Assembly: GCF_006345805.1 (NCBI RefSeq)
Contig: NC_043004.1
Span: 85,126,001 to 85,190,000, forward strand
Length of the DNA stretch: 64,000 bases
Source: Octopus sinensis
Taxonomy: Eukaryota
Direction of reading: 5' to 3'
The translations under genes and the position numbers were made by a program. Shown here one piece after another: positions 26,185 to 38,734 of this stretch; position 1 is the first letter of the stretch, and the number at the start of each line of letters is the position of its first letter. The notes beneath the pieces were generated by a model. The model did no database searches and was not told the DNA's origin. It saw only the letters and a program-made list of their open reading frames with translations.

Positions 26185-26470
26185 GATTGGAGCTTACGAT
26201 CGTGGGGTTGTGAGTTCGATTCCCGGACCGGGCTGCGTGTTGTGTTCTTGAGCAAGACATTTTATTTCACGTTGCTCCAGTTCTTTCAACTGTAGAAATG
26301 ACACCACTGATGCCAAGCTGTATCGGCCTTTGTATTTCCCTTGGATAACATCAGTGGTGTAGAGAGTGGTATAGAGAGGAATGCATGGGCTACTGCTGGC
26401 CTTTCACAAACAACATTGTCCGAACTTTCTAGGTGCAATCCCTCGGTCATTCATGGCCGAAAGGGGTCTC
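26185..26470 (+). mobile_element. tRNA-derived SINE family C, decayed
   Basis: GTGAGTTCGATTCCCGGACCGGGCTGCGTGTTGTGTTCTTGAGCAAGACA: B-box followed by the TTGAGCAAG motif common in tRNA-derived SINEs. Confidence 0.6.
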
Positions 26471-26519
26471 CTCCTCCCCCACTTATCTTCTAGCAACATC
26501 CTTTGTGTACCTAGTACTC

Positions 26520-26930
26520 TTTCTATTCCTTTTCTACTCTAGGCACAATGCCTGAGTTTTGGTGGGGAGGTGCTAGTCGATAAGTTTGACCCAAGTACGC
26601 AACTGATACTTAATTTATCGAACCCGAAAGGAAGAAGGGCAACGTCCATCTCGGTGGAATTTGAACGCAGAACATAAAGACAGACAAAATACCACTAAGC
26701 ATTTCGCCCGGCGTGCTAACGATTCTTTTCCACTCTAGGCACACGCCCTAAAATTTGGGGGAGAGGGCCAGTGGATTAGTCCGACCCCAGTTTGCAACTG
26801 GTACTTAATTTATCGAACCCGAAAAGATAAAAGGCAAAGTCGACCTCAGTGGCATTTGAACTCAAAACACAAAGACAGACAAAATACCACCAAGTATTTC
26901 GCCCCCGGCGTGCTAACGATTGTGCCACCT
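26520..26930 (-). mobile_element. Two tandem SINE family B copies
   Basis: Two repeats of CTCTAGGCAC...GGTACTTAATTTATCGA.CCCGAAAGG...AAGCATTTCGCCCGGCGTGCTAACG. Confidence 0.8.
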
Positions 26931-29372
26931 CACTGCTTAGTATGTGACCAAAGTATTTTAGCTTTCTTTTTCTCAGTTCAAAGTTATGATCTCTTTGTAT
27001 TTGCTAGTTGTAGCGTTTCTTCAGTAGCCATGTGTTTTTTTCCATAATTTTCTTAATATTCTTCTGTACGCCCACATGTGGAAAACTCCTAAGTACCAGT
27101 TTAACTCGGGGGTCGACATGGACGACCTATTCGCTCCCCGGGAATTGCTGTCTTTGAGCCAGAATTGAAACCATTTAATATACCAGGTGAGTGTTGATTA
27201 ACGGCGCAATCACTGGACTTCCAGCTTTTAATGATCAGCTGCCAAATCCTTTCGTGATCAACACGGCAACATTGTCTTTCTTCCCACTGGAGTCGATAAA
27301 ATATAATATCAATCCATTATTAAGATTGTTGATTATATCAACTAACGCCATCACCTGAAATTTGCAAGCGGTGTGCCTAAATGAGGAGCCATTATTAAAT
27401 TTAGTAAAACAATTATTCAAAGGAAAAAAAATTGTAAATTGTCATAAAAACGCACATATTCATATATTCATTCCACGTGTCCATTATTCAGGCCGAAAAT
27501 TCATTTGCGCATTTCCATAACGTGACATTAAGTTGCAATTTATGGTTTTTGCAACTAATAATTTTCGCAAACAATAAAAAGTGTTAGCACTAATTTCAAA
27601 TATTGCTTCAATTACCACAGATTTTAACTTGCTATAATATAGGAATATAGCCCATAAAGGGATTATTAAAATAAACCACATATGTTTCAAGTGTATAAGC
27701 ATAATTGTAACGTATGCACATACACGCCAAATATATGAAGTGTCATATTTTCATAAAATAAATATTGAAATATATGGAGAATGTATAACCATTTGTATTT
27801 AACCTATATCTCGTATTTCGAATATTTTTTTTTATAATTCAATTAATTGATAATTCGAGATTCTTTGACTGCAATAAATATAATTTGGAATAGAATATTT
27901 TAAGCGGCAGTTGAGAAAACACAAACACACACACACACAAATACACTCACACACACATCCCGCTCTACACACAATAAACACAGAGAAACTGTGTAACTAC
28001 AATGATGCACATTTTCTCTCTCTATATATATATATATATGTGCGTGTGTGTGTGTGTGTGGTGTGTGTGTGTGTGAGTGAGTGTGTGTCTTTATGCATAT
28101 GTGGTTAACTGCAATGATTAGCAGAACTATACGTTTGACAGAGACCGCGTCGTTCTAATCACGCACGATGAGTTACTGCCTGAATAACTAATATAAAACA
28201 TGATTACATGTCTTTTTCAAGTTTCCAAGTTAGCCTTATATAACAGGTATAAAATGAACTAAATACACGTACGAATATTGCCTGAGTTATTAGAAAAGAA
28301 GCCGAGCTTTGTGTCTGATCACGATTACAAACACTGGAAATTACATTTACTTCAGAATTAAAAGGCTTTTGCGAATATCTTAACGTATGTGACAGATGAG
28401 TAGGAAGGAATCTTATCCGTTATTGATGTATGAAGACCAGGCACAAAATTGTTGTTCAATTCAGTAAAACAAACCTATTGTATAAAAGACGTGAAAATTA
28501 AGAACGGATATATTTTCAAAAATATATATTATTAAAACGTTAAGTTAATGAAATAAAATGCAAGACTTTAAAATTATAGAAGCAGGCTTACAAGGAAGTT
28601 GTAAAGAGATAGAAAAATATGGAGGTGTACTAAATGATGTCTGTACTTATGTATTTCTATCATCGGGAAGTAGCAAACGAAATATACGGGACGAAAATGA
28701 GCAAATGCGGATGTTTTGATAGGAATTCGAATGTGAAAACAAATTATTTGCCAAGTAGTTCTATCGTTAGTCAATTATTTATTGCTTTAATGATACATCA
28801 ACGGGTTTTCGGTAGAACCTGTTATTGGTATGGTGACATATAACAAAGGGGGACTGATGTTACGAAGACCTGTAGAATTTAGAGATTTCAAAAATTAGGT
28901 TATAGAAAGCGCCTTAAGAAGACATTGTGACGGGATGGGAAAACACGGAGAAGGATTAAATGATTACGTTTCATTTGTATGCTTGTCGTAAGTAGATGGA
29001 GCATAAATGGGTTAATGTTGTGGAGTAATACAAAAGTGGTAGAATAGCAAAAGAAACTAAGATGGAACATTATGAAGAAAATTATATGAAAGTTGAAACG
29101 ACCATATAAACGAAAGTATTTAATATTTATTGAAGTAACTAGAAAGGCTCAAAATGTTCAATTAAATTGCTCGGAATCTAACAACAAATATGTCTAGTTT
29201 GTGAAAAAGAATGTTTTAATCCTGATAGGTAAATAAATATGAATATGGTGCACGAACGCGACAGACCCCGGAAAATGTGGAACGCGTAAGACTTACTTTG
29301 ATACCGAAACCGGATTGCTCTGCTCGGAGGCATTCCACTGAACTTGGCATCGGTAATCAAACGATAAGGCGT

Positions 29373-29483
29373 ATTTTCATTTTCAGTGACCTAGCGTGTA
29401 GAAATTTAGTCCAAAGACTATGTATTAGTCATTAAATAGTCTTTCACTAAATTTTTACACGCTAGGCCACTGGAAGTGAAAAT
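29373..29483. repeat. About 110-bp imperfect inverted repeat (MITE-like hairpin)
   Basis: ATTTTCATTTTCAGTGACCTAGCGTGTAGAAATTTAGT..AAAGACTAT pairs with ATAGTCTTTCACTAAATTTTTACACGCTAGGCCACTGGAAGTGAAAAT. Confidence 0.8.
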
Positions 29484-30569
29484 TTCTATTAATTTCCATT
29501 TCCTTTTGATATGATTAAATATCGTAAGTTTTTGGATAATTTTCGGTTTATAAAAGTTGGCATTTTTTTATTGAAGGCGAAGGACTGCATCTGCGCCGTA
29601 GATTTTGAAAAAATTAGGATGTAGAAATAAGAGGCACATAGATGATCGCATCGTGTTTATATATTTAATCTAAGGTGTACCTGTTGAAAACGATTTCACC
29701 TTGCGGGTAAAGATTATTTACTTGCTAAACTAAAATCAGAAACCAATTTGTCCAGGAAATTAGATGGTAAAATGTTTTTATTTTTTCATTTAGTTCCTGT
29801 CGAAATTTATCCCTAATTTTTGTGTTTATAGAACATAGCTGTTCTTTCTAGCGTGTTGAATTCCATGAGTGAATTCCTTATGTGTTTAAATGTACACTGT
29901 ATTATATACATATATGTATTTGTTGAAATTTACAGAAAACCAAAACTCGGAACGGGTGTATGAATAACAATCAGGTGTATTAGTCTGACGCTCGGAACGG
30001 AGGAAGTCTTTTACGCTCTTTAAACAGAGAGGAATAAGAGAAAATAAACAGAGAGGGAATGATAAAAAAGCAACTTGCGAATTTAGCGATCGTGCATGGC
30101 AACTGGTTATATACATATGTATACATACGAATGCGCTTCGAAAATCACATGACAGCATATTGCAAACACTAGAAGCGAAAAGTCACGTAAAGCGCAAATT
30201 ACGAGTAAATATTCGTGAAGAATAGTTTGATACTGGCAGAAATTACAAGTAACTCACTTGAAATAAATTCAAAATCAGATTGGAACGACTAACATGGAAC
30301 TACTGTAATATAGGGAGTTTGGGGCCATTCTATTGGAATAAGGCATACGTTGCAATGAAATTAAATTGAACCATTGTATTATAATTTCATAACATACAGC
30401 ATCTAAAGTGAACTTTTTATCTTTTTTATTTACTTCATTCATTTTACTGCGGCCATGCTGGAGCACCACCTTGAAGGAACATCGGCAGGCATTTGTGCTA
30501 ATCCACAAGGCGGTTAACGCCGGCAGCGGAAATATCACCTCTGCATTGTACAAACGGTTGGTAGAGTTT

Positions 30570-31240
30570 AAATGTGACGACTTCTAGGAGCGACGCTGGG
30601 ACTCGATGGGGACCAGCTATCCAACCCGTTCCAGAACACTTTCAGGACGGGGTATTTGGATAATTACCAAAGATCCCTGACCTGGAAGTGTTTCAGGAAT
30701 GCGTTACCTGTTTATGACAAATTATCCAGGCTCGGAATTTCAGTGCCACCCGAATGTCCATGAGGCGGGCAGGATAAGAAAACTATCATGCACGCTCTTG
30801 TACAGTGTGCCCTGCTTTCCGAGATGACACTTTACGTAGAACACGTGTTGTCACAACTGGGAAGAGTACAGCTATCAGTTGAGTCTGTGATTATGAATGT
30901 ACCACCCACCAGACTATCTAAGGAAGTTGAGGCTTGTTTTCTATGTACAGTCGCAGTTATGAAAGAGTGTGCATGGGGGAACTAGAATGCTAGGTTTGAA
31001 GTCAGGGGCCTTCATCTCCAGCCCTGGAATGCTATATTACTTTAGGTACCACCTGAAAAGCAAGATAGCACTGGAGAGAAAGCACCTGTCGGAAAGAGTA
31101 TATGAGGAAAGATTGAAAGATGTGGTAAGGAAGCTGGGAGTGAGTGTTACTACTTAACTCATCCATGGTAAGAAGAAAAGGCGTAGCCGTTGGAACTTAA
31201 TAAAATGTAAAATTAAATAATATAAAATGTTTTTTTAAAA
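30570..31240 (+). mobile_element. Tx1/L1-like LINE 3' fragment (zinc-knuckle C-terminus), decayed
   Basis: DNYQRSLTWKCFRNALPVYDKL...ECP*GGQDKKTIMHALVQC...VEHVLSQLGRVQLSVES aligns by eye with the minus ORF 61271-61606 (DNFQRSLAWRCYRYALPVRDKL...CPNCGQSDETALHAIVQC). Confidence 0.82.
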
Positions 31241-32597
31241 TTATATAAGTCAATTTTTAATATATTTTCATAAAAACTTTTTACAAACTCGGTAAATAAC
31301 TCCTTTTAAATGTTTTGTAATAATCGTAATAAAGAGAAACCGGTGATTGTCACACGCTGATGACGGGTCAATACCTAGAAACACGAGACCGTGTGTATCA
31401 TGTCAGGCTGGAGATGGGAATGATGGCTTCCCTTTGCAAATACTGATAGGACACAGACGGTTTGTTAAAAGCTAGCTGGAGGAGATGTCCTCCTGGGGCT
31501 ACAGGCTACAGTAGCATCCACCATGAAGGGTTAGCCACATTTAAATGGCAAATATACTCCACGGTCTTATACTTTGTATAGAGACAACAATTTTGTTCTC
31601 TATATTTCCACGTCATTTCACAATTTTACTTTCAGGTTTGACACTATAGTCTCTTTAAACTACCAATTCAACGGTATATTTTTGTGAAGCTTGCAATCTA
31701 ACATCTTACATTCCATATTATTTAATTTGTTATACTAATCTTGTTTTCTCTTCTTGCTTGCTCTATGCTCATTTCCATACTTTCTCTTTCCTCCTGCCTT
31801 TAGCCCATTCGCCTACTTTCTACTGATTAATTATGTTGAAATAAATACTGTTGTAATTTGGAAGGATCCTATTGACATTCAGAGGGTGTATTTCATTCCA
31901 GCCTAATTAGCAATTAATTAGATCATTAGCGAATTATTAATTGATTTAGTGATTGCAAAAACCGTTCTCACGTCAGTGACGAAGACTTGTCGTTCCTACA
32001 CTTCAGCTGCACTATTATATGCATCTTGACAATTGATCTGGTTTCTATTGAATGACTGATTTTTTGTATTTTCTCTTTGGAATATTATGAGAATTATGTC
32101 AGTGATTAGACAGAAAATGTGGGATGAAATATATTGAGTCATCATAGTATATTTTTTGCGGGAAAAACAAGTAAATTTATATATTAAATGAGTAATTATT
32201 TACACATATATCAGTGCATTTTGTTAGTTTAATTACATGCGTGGATACAAACATATGCATATGCATAGTAGGTGAAAGATAGTATTAGAGAAAAAGTGAG
32301 ATATAAGACGAGGGGGAGAGAGAATCAGAGAGAGACAGACGGACAGGCAGACAGACAGAGAATGCTAATCAAATTTATTCATCCGATTATACCTAAATCA
32401 GATAATTTTCTGCATATTTTGAATGCCTTCTCCTTATGATTCTCAATCATGCATTTTACGACATATGCCACACGGTTAACAGGAGGTTCGAGCACATAAT
32501 AGACAGGCAATTTATTCTATAATGAAGTCCCGAGAAAAATATGACAAAATTGATGGATTACATCGTGTCTGGACTCAAATGCATGTATATATATTAG

Positions 32598-32742
32598 GCG
32601 AATATTTCGTTTTAAGTCATAAATATGAGAAACCTGTTGATGATCGGTATAACGGCAACAAAAGAACGACGTTCCCTATAAAGTGGCTTGGAAAAGTACA
32701 AAATTTCTCAATTCATAGGGAGATTGAAATCCGCAGTGGCAA
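32598..32742 (+). CDS. Candidate exon of an unidentified host gene
   Basis: Open frame GEYFVLSHKYEKPVDDRYNGNKRTTFPIKWLGKVQNFSIHREIEIRSG ends at a strong donor AA|GTGAGT (32743). The acceptor is uncertain (32527, 32597 or 32718). No homolog recognised. Confidence 0.3.
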
Positions 32743-33291
32743 GTGAGTTCCTAAATAATGCTACTGCGGCATTAGATCTCTTCTGAAGTAAAGCTATTTG
32801 TGAAATAATATAATCTAAACGAGTGTGGTTATCATTCACGTTATGCACATTAAAAAGCATTTAATATTAATGTGTGAAAGAGGGATGGCATCTGTCTATG
32901 TGTCTATCTATCTACCTTTTAATTCATGATATGTGGTTTGTGCTTGATGGGTATGTTTTAGATATTTCTCAACATATGAAACTATTAGTAGTACTTAAAG
33001 ACATGTATTAATAAATAATATTTACTTCACACCGGATAGAGGGCATTTTCCTTAATTTACTATCACCGAAGAATTAATTAATTATATATATATATGTATA
33101 TATTTCTTTAATTTCTTTAAACATTTTTAAATTATGTCATTTTAAGGAAAGGAAAAAAATTTTTCCAATATTCTCCAGACATTTTGACACAAATATATAT
33201 ATTTTTTAACATTTAAGCCTTCTGTCGTTTTTTCACACTTTACTATTTTGTTATATATTCACCCACGTGCTTTACCAAACAAACTTTCTAA

Positions 33292-33329
<38 letters not shown>

Positions 33330-33599
33330 GGATTTCATACTTATATCTATATGAATCTAGTTATCTATGTCTGTATATATATATATATGTGTGTGTGTGC
33401 GTGTGTGTGTGTAACATATGGTATAATTATAAACAGGGCAAACTTTAGCCATTTCTTCGCAAACTGGAAAAAAATTATGAACAACCTTACTGGGTTCTAA
33501 TCAGAGGCGTCTACATTATTCTGACAGTCTCAGGAGAATCAAGCAGCCACAATGTTTACATACTCAATGAATGCAGCTGTTACTCTTTGAGGGAGTGCC

Positions 33600-33870
33600 T
33601 AATTTGCATAACGAATGTGTTTAACAATCTATATATACCAGCGGCCTGTCATGTTCATATTGCAGCTTCCGGCCTGAAATGTTCGTATTAGAGCTTCCGC
33701 CGTGAATACCAATGTGTACAGCGTATCGTTTCCGAGTTTCTGGCAGAGAGAATTACGTCATGGTGCTGTTCTTCTCACAGACGGTACCCAGCTAACCCTA
33801 CTTCACTATGTAGTCGACAAAATCAAAAACAATCCGCATGATCGAAATCAAGCATATAAAATGGCGACAA
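33600..33870 (+). promoter_or_regulatory. Possible promoter/first-exon region (alternative to the internal-exon reading)
   Basis: Locally CpG-richer. Contains ATTTGCAT (33602), CTTCCGG (33666), TTACGTCA (33753) and AAAATGGCG (33858, YY1-like/Kozak). Short motifs can occur by chance. Confidence 0.25.
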
Positions 33871-33909
33871 TTTACCCATCGCACGGTTTATCTGTGCGTT
33901 TGCATGGAC
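33781..33909 (+). CDS. Candidate exon of an unidentified host gene (symmetric phase 1-1, 129 nt)
   Basis: Acceptor TGTTCTTCTCACAG| and donor GGAC|GTAAGT. The open frame is (D)GTQLTLLHYVVDKIKNNPHDRNQAYKMATIYPSHGLSVRLHG; the other two frames have stops. Confidence 0.45.
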
Positions 33910-34234
33910 GTAAGTGTGTGTGTGCTTGTATGTGTATATATGTGTGTGTGAGTCTCGTGGCAAATTGTGATTTGGTTGTTTTTCACAACAAAACATGTGG
34001 AACATGTGGAAAGGTGTGCTTTTCGGTTGGAGGATTGAAAAGAGTTCATACTTTGGCACCTGTTCCTTCATGCCAGCCAGCACAGTTGGGAAATATACAT
34101 TAGAGTGGGCAAACCTTTCACCGTATTCAAATGACTCATTTCAGCGACTGTATTTAGCAATGTCTTTGCTCGTATACGAGAAAGCAGCTGTGTGTGCTGT
34201 GTGTGAGTGTGTATACTCTTTTAATCTTTTACTT

Positions 34235-34595
34235 GTTTCAGACATTTGACTGTGGCATTGCTGGAGCACCGCCTTTAGTCGAAGAAATCAATCCCAGGAC
34301 TTAGTCTTTGTAAGCCTAGTACTTATTGCATCGGTTTCTTTTGCCGAACAGCTAAGTTACGAGGACGTAGACAGACCAACATCAGTTGTCAAGCACACAC
34401 ACACACACACACACACATATATAGATATATATAGGACGGGCTTCTTTCAGTTTCCATCTACCAATTCCACTCACAAGGATTTGGTTGTCTCGGGGCTATA
34501 GTAGAAACAGCTGCCGAAGGCGCCACGCAGTGGGACTGAACCCAGAACCATGTGGTTGGTAAGCAAGCTACTTACCACGCAGCGACTCCTGCGCT
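34235..34595 (-). mobile_element. SINE family A, full length
   Basis: Reverse complement of the 16663-17075 head, body and tail. Confidence 0.85.
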
Positions 34596-34655
34596 AATAT
34601 ATATTTATCTGTGAGCATCTCTGTGATTCAGTCTGTGTGTGCCTGTGTATATATC

Positions 34656-34688
<33 letters not shown>

Positions 34689-35224
34689 GCCTGTGAATTT
34701 GTCTGCGAGTGTATATGCGTGTGCTGTGTGAGTACGTATATTCTAGTACGCTCCTGAGTATATTGAAAAACATCGCAATCTCAATGAATATATATATAAA
34801 ATTAACTATCTAATTAAAATTGTTCCAGACGTTAATTAACAATCCACAATGGAGAGAATGAATTGGCTAAAGAATATATCATGTACAGCAGCTTGGGCAT
34901 CCTCAAATGTTGCCGAAATAGTCGAACACAAATCCCACTGGATAGATTGCGGGGACGAATATAAACGAAGAACATACAAACAACTGGCTCAATTGAGGTT
35001 TTCCCAAGAGTTAAATACGTTGAAATTAGTAATTTCCTTATGTTTTCCTTACTGATGAGGACTAATTAACTTATGATAAATTCATATGCCTAGAATAAAT
35101 TTAATTGGATATTTATCTAAAAATCTATTAGTATAGAATTAGTGTTGGCCATTATATCCGAACTTACTGGTCTCTCTTATTGACACATAACTGCTTAATT
35201 TTATGGCAAAATAACTGTTGTAGA

Positions 35225-35850
35225 TGAATTACACACACACGAATACTGACACAAACACACACACAAAAACACACGAACGCGCGCACACACATCCATCTGC
35301 ATATGTGTGTGAGCGCGTATGTGCATATATATGTATATATATGTATATAGGTCTATATATATACACACACATATATATATGTATATGTATATGCACACAC
35401 ACACAGATATATATATATGTATATATACATACATACACACATATATATATATATACATACACAGATATATATATATGTATATGTATGCATATGTGTTTGT
35501 ATTATATATATATATGTATATATATATACATACACACATATATATATATATACATACACAGATTTATATATATGTATATGTATGCATATGTGTTTGTATT
35601 ATATATATATGTATATATATATATTATATATATATATATATAATATATATATGTATGCATATGTGTTTGTATTATATATATATGTATATATATATATTTA
35701 TATATATATATATATGTATGCATATGTGTTTGTATTATAAATATATGTATATATATATATTTATATATATATATATATATATATGTATGCATATGTGTTT
35801 GTATTATATATATGTATATATATATATATATTATATATATATATATATAT
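35225..35850. repeat. Microsatellite with higher-order units
   Basis: (TA)n/(CA)n tract with five copies of GTATGCATATGTGTTTGTATTATA. Confidence 0.9.
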
Positions 35851-36299
35851 ATACAAGGAGCGAGGGAGAGGGAGGGAGAGGGATTGAGAGAGATAAATAG
35901 ATAGATAAATAAGGTAGTGAGGGGAATAAATCGAAAATACGACATTATGACAAAATTTTCTACATGTTTAATTAGGCAAAATCTACACAATCCAAAGAAA
36001 GAAAGGAAAAAATCTTAAATCATGAAATAGATACGGATAAGTTTGAATGCAGGAAAAGAAACACAAGACAAAAATCATAAAGAATAATTAAATAAAAAGT
36101 GAAAGATAGTGGCGAGAGAAAAAAAATTAAAACATCGTTGAGAAAGTTGAATAGAAGACAATGTTTGGTGTAGAGATGCTTATATATATATGCACAAATA
36201 TTCTACTCAGACATAAATGTAACAGTTTAGCACAACACAAAAAACATATATTCTACAGTATTAGAAAGAATTCTACGAGTTAATTCCTGAATCATATAG

Positions 36300-36497
36300 A
36301 TATCATCATCATCATCATCGTCGTCATCATCATCATCATCATCATCACCACCACCACCACCATCACCATCACCACCACAACCATCATCATCACTATCACC
36401 ACCACCACCATCATCACCACCACCATCACCATCACCACCACCATCACCACCACCACCATCTCCATCAACACCACCATCAATATTATTATCATCACCA

Positions 36498-36540
<43 letters not shown>
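36300..36540. repeat. Compound triplet microsatellite (CAT)n(CAC)n(TAT)n
   Basis: Directly visible. Confidence 0.95.
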
Positions 36541-36541
<1 letters not shown>

Positions 36542-36544
36542 ATT

Positions 36545-36760
36545 AAAACGGTGAGCTGGCGGAATCGTTAACACACCAGACAAAGTGCAAAATGGCATTA
36601 CATTCCTGTTTACGTTTGAAGTTCAAATTCTGCCGTGTTCGAATTTGCCTTTTGTTATTTCTGGGTCGATAAAATAAGTACCAGCTGAGTACTGGAGTCA
36701 ACGTATTCGACCCATCCTCTTTCCACGAAATCACTCGCCTTGTGCCAAATTCTGAAAACC
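36545..36760 (+). mobile_element. SINE family B copy
   Basis: GGTGAGCTGGCGGAATCGTTA head, AAGTTCAAATTC B-box, AAGTACCAG body, CCTTGTGCC tail. Confidence 0.8.
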
Positions 36761-37019
36761 ATTATTATTATTGTTGTTGTTGTTGTTTTGTTGCTGTTCT
36801 TGTTCGTGTTGTTATTTCGTGAAAAGTCTCAGCACATTCACTCGATAGGATGGAATATATCAGTTGCTGACAGCCAGCAGGCAAGGGTGAAACTTTTCTA
36901 GTGGTTATAATTCAATAACCCAGTATAGAACTCATGCAGTTTCAAGCACAAACTTGTGTCTGCGCCTGTATTCGGTCTATGCAAGACATTCACAAGTAAT
37001 AAAATCCAATACAACCTTT

Positions 37020-37117
37020 ATTATTATCATTATTATTATTATTATTATTATTATTACTACTACTACTACTACCACTACTACTACTACTACTACTAATAAT
37101 AATAATAATAATAATAA

Positions 37118-37150
<33 letters not shown>

Positions 37151-37168
37151 CGCTACTACTACTACTAA

Positions 37169-37218
<50 letters not shown>

Positions 37219-37255
37219 TTATGTTTATTATTATTATCATTATTATTATTACTAA
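37020..37255. repeat. Compound triplet microsatellite (TAT)n(TAC)n(TAA)n
   Basis: Directly visible. Confidence 0.95.
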
Positions 37256-37825
37256 ATATACGAAGCCCAGTATACCCATCATGACTACACGCCTGATAAG
37301 GGTACACCAGGCACATGCATCATAACCATATGTGTGTGACATGGTGATCTCATATGAAGATAAATAGCATATGACCTTGCAGGTGGGGCCCAGTTAGAAT
37401 TTTCTTCTGGTCGATTAACCAATCCCGCTCAAAAGGTCCCTGAATAAGGGTTGTTTAAGGATGTTGATCGAAACACCCATGTTTCCAGAGGTTAATTATT
37501 CAAACCCCAAAGAATCCCTCTCAACACATGGCTATGATGCTCCCCAACTACTTCTGCTCGTGATCAGAGACGCATATATCGTCAGTCACTACGGGACATG
37601 CTGAACTGGTTATGGTCAAACAACTGACAAGCAAATCTGTGGTATTGAGCAGAATATTTGCTTTAGCCCATTTTTTATACCAAGACAAAACATTATACAT
37701 GATAACACTTCCAATCAGTTAAGTTCAGAAGCCTCGAGAGCCACTGCCTGGTACTGCATCAGTGCATAGCAGAATATTTGCTGTAGCCCATCATTTATAT
37801 CAAGGTAAAACAATATACATGGTAT
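37255..37825. mobile_element. Unclassified interspersed repeat flanked by triplet repeats, with a terminal about 55-bp direct duplication
   Basis: GCAGAATATTTGCT.TAGCCCAT...CAAG..AAAACA..ATACATG.TA occurs at about 37649 and 37768. The sequence resembles a repeat I recall from octopus DNA (not verifiable here). Confidence 0.4.
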
Positions 37826-38112
37826 TATTATTGTTGCCGTCGTTGTTGTTGTTATAAAGCGAATGAAGAGAATTGCTTGATATATTTACATTTATTCACT
37901 TTCCAGACCTAAGTCTCGCAGACTGTATAGAATCAAAATTTTATTTTCTGATATATAAATAATTACCAGACTACCCGTGACCCGTTTGCTCACCGACACA
38001 GTCTGAGTTTCCCAGCCACGGAAATTTATTTTGTGTTTTTTTTTTCTTTTTTCCCCAGGTTATTTTGCATGCTTTCAACGAATGTGACATCGAAATCAAG
38101 TATAAGCAGAAG

Positions 38113-38242
<130 letters not shown>

Positions 38243-38280
38243 TATATATATATATATACATATATATATTATATATATAT

Positions 38281-38698
38281 AGGCTTTGGTCAGCCCGAGG
38301 CTATAGTAGAAGTCACTTGTCCAAAGTGCAAGGCAGCTGGACTGAACGCGGAACCATGTGGTTGGGAAGCAACTCCTTACCATGGAGCCACTCCTGCGTA
38401 TAATCTGTAATGCATTAAAAGTCAGATTGAATCTGCTTGCTTGCAAACCGGCGCATAATGGGTAGTCTCTGAAATTAATTTTATCTTGGATGGGACTTCC
38501 CATCCAAGATAAAATTAATTATGCGCCGGTTTGCAAGCAAGCAAGATTCAATCTGACTTTTAATGCATTACAGATTATACGCAGGAGTGCTCCATGGTAA
38601 GGAGCTTGCTTCCCAACCACATGTTTTCCGCGTTCAGTCCAACTGCCTTGCACTTTGGACAAGTGACTTCTACTATAGCCTCGGGCTGACCAAAGCCT
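38281..38698. repeat. Long inverted repeat (arms about 215 and 201 bp, 2-nt loop) containing a SINE A head in each arm
   Basis: The arms are reverse complements centred on TGGGA-CT-TCCCA (38491-38502). They differ by a few 1-nt indels or substitutions and a 14-nt indel. Confidence 0.95.
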
Positions 38699-38730
<32 letters not shown>

Positions 38731-38734
38731 TATA

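Noticed and set aside
38059-38110. Very strong acceptor (T-rich...CCCCAG|G)
   Set aside because: No convincing donor follows, and the phase-1 frame needed to join 33909 hits a stop after 9 codons.
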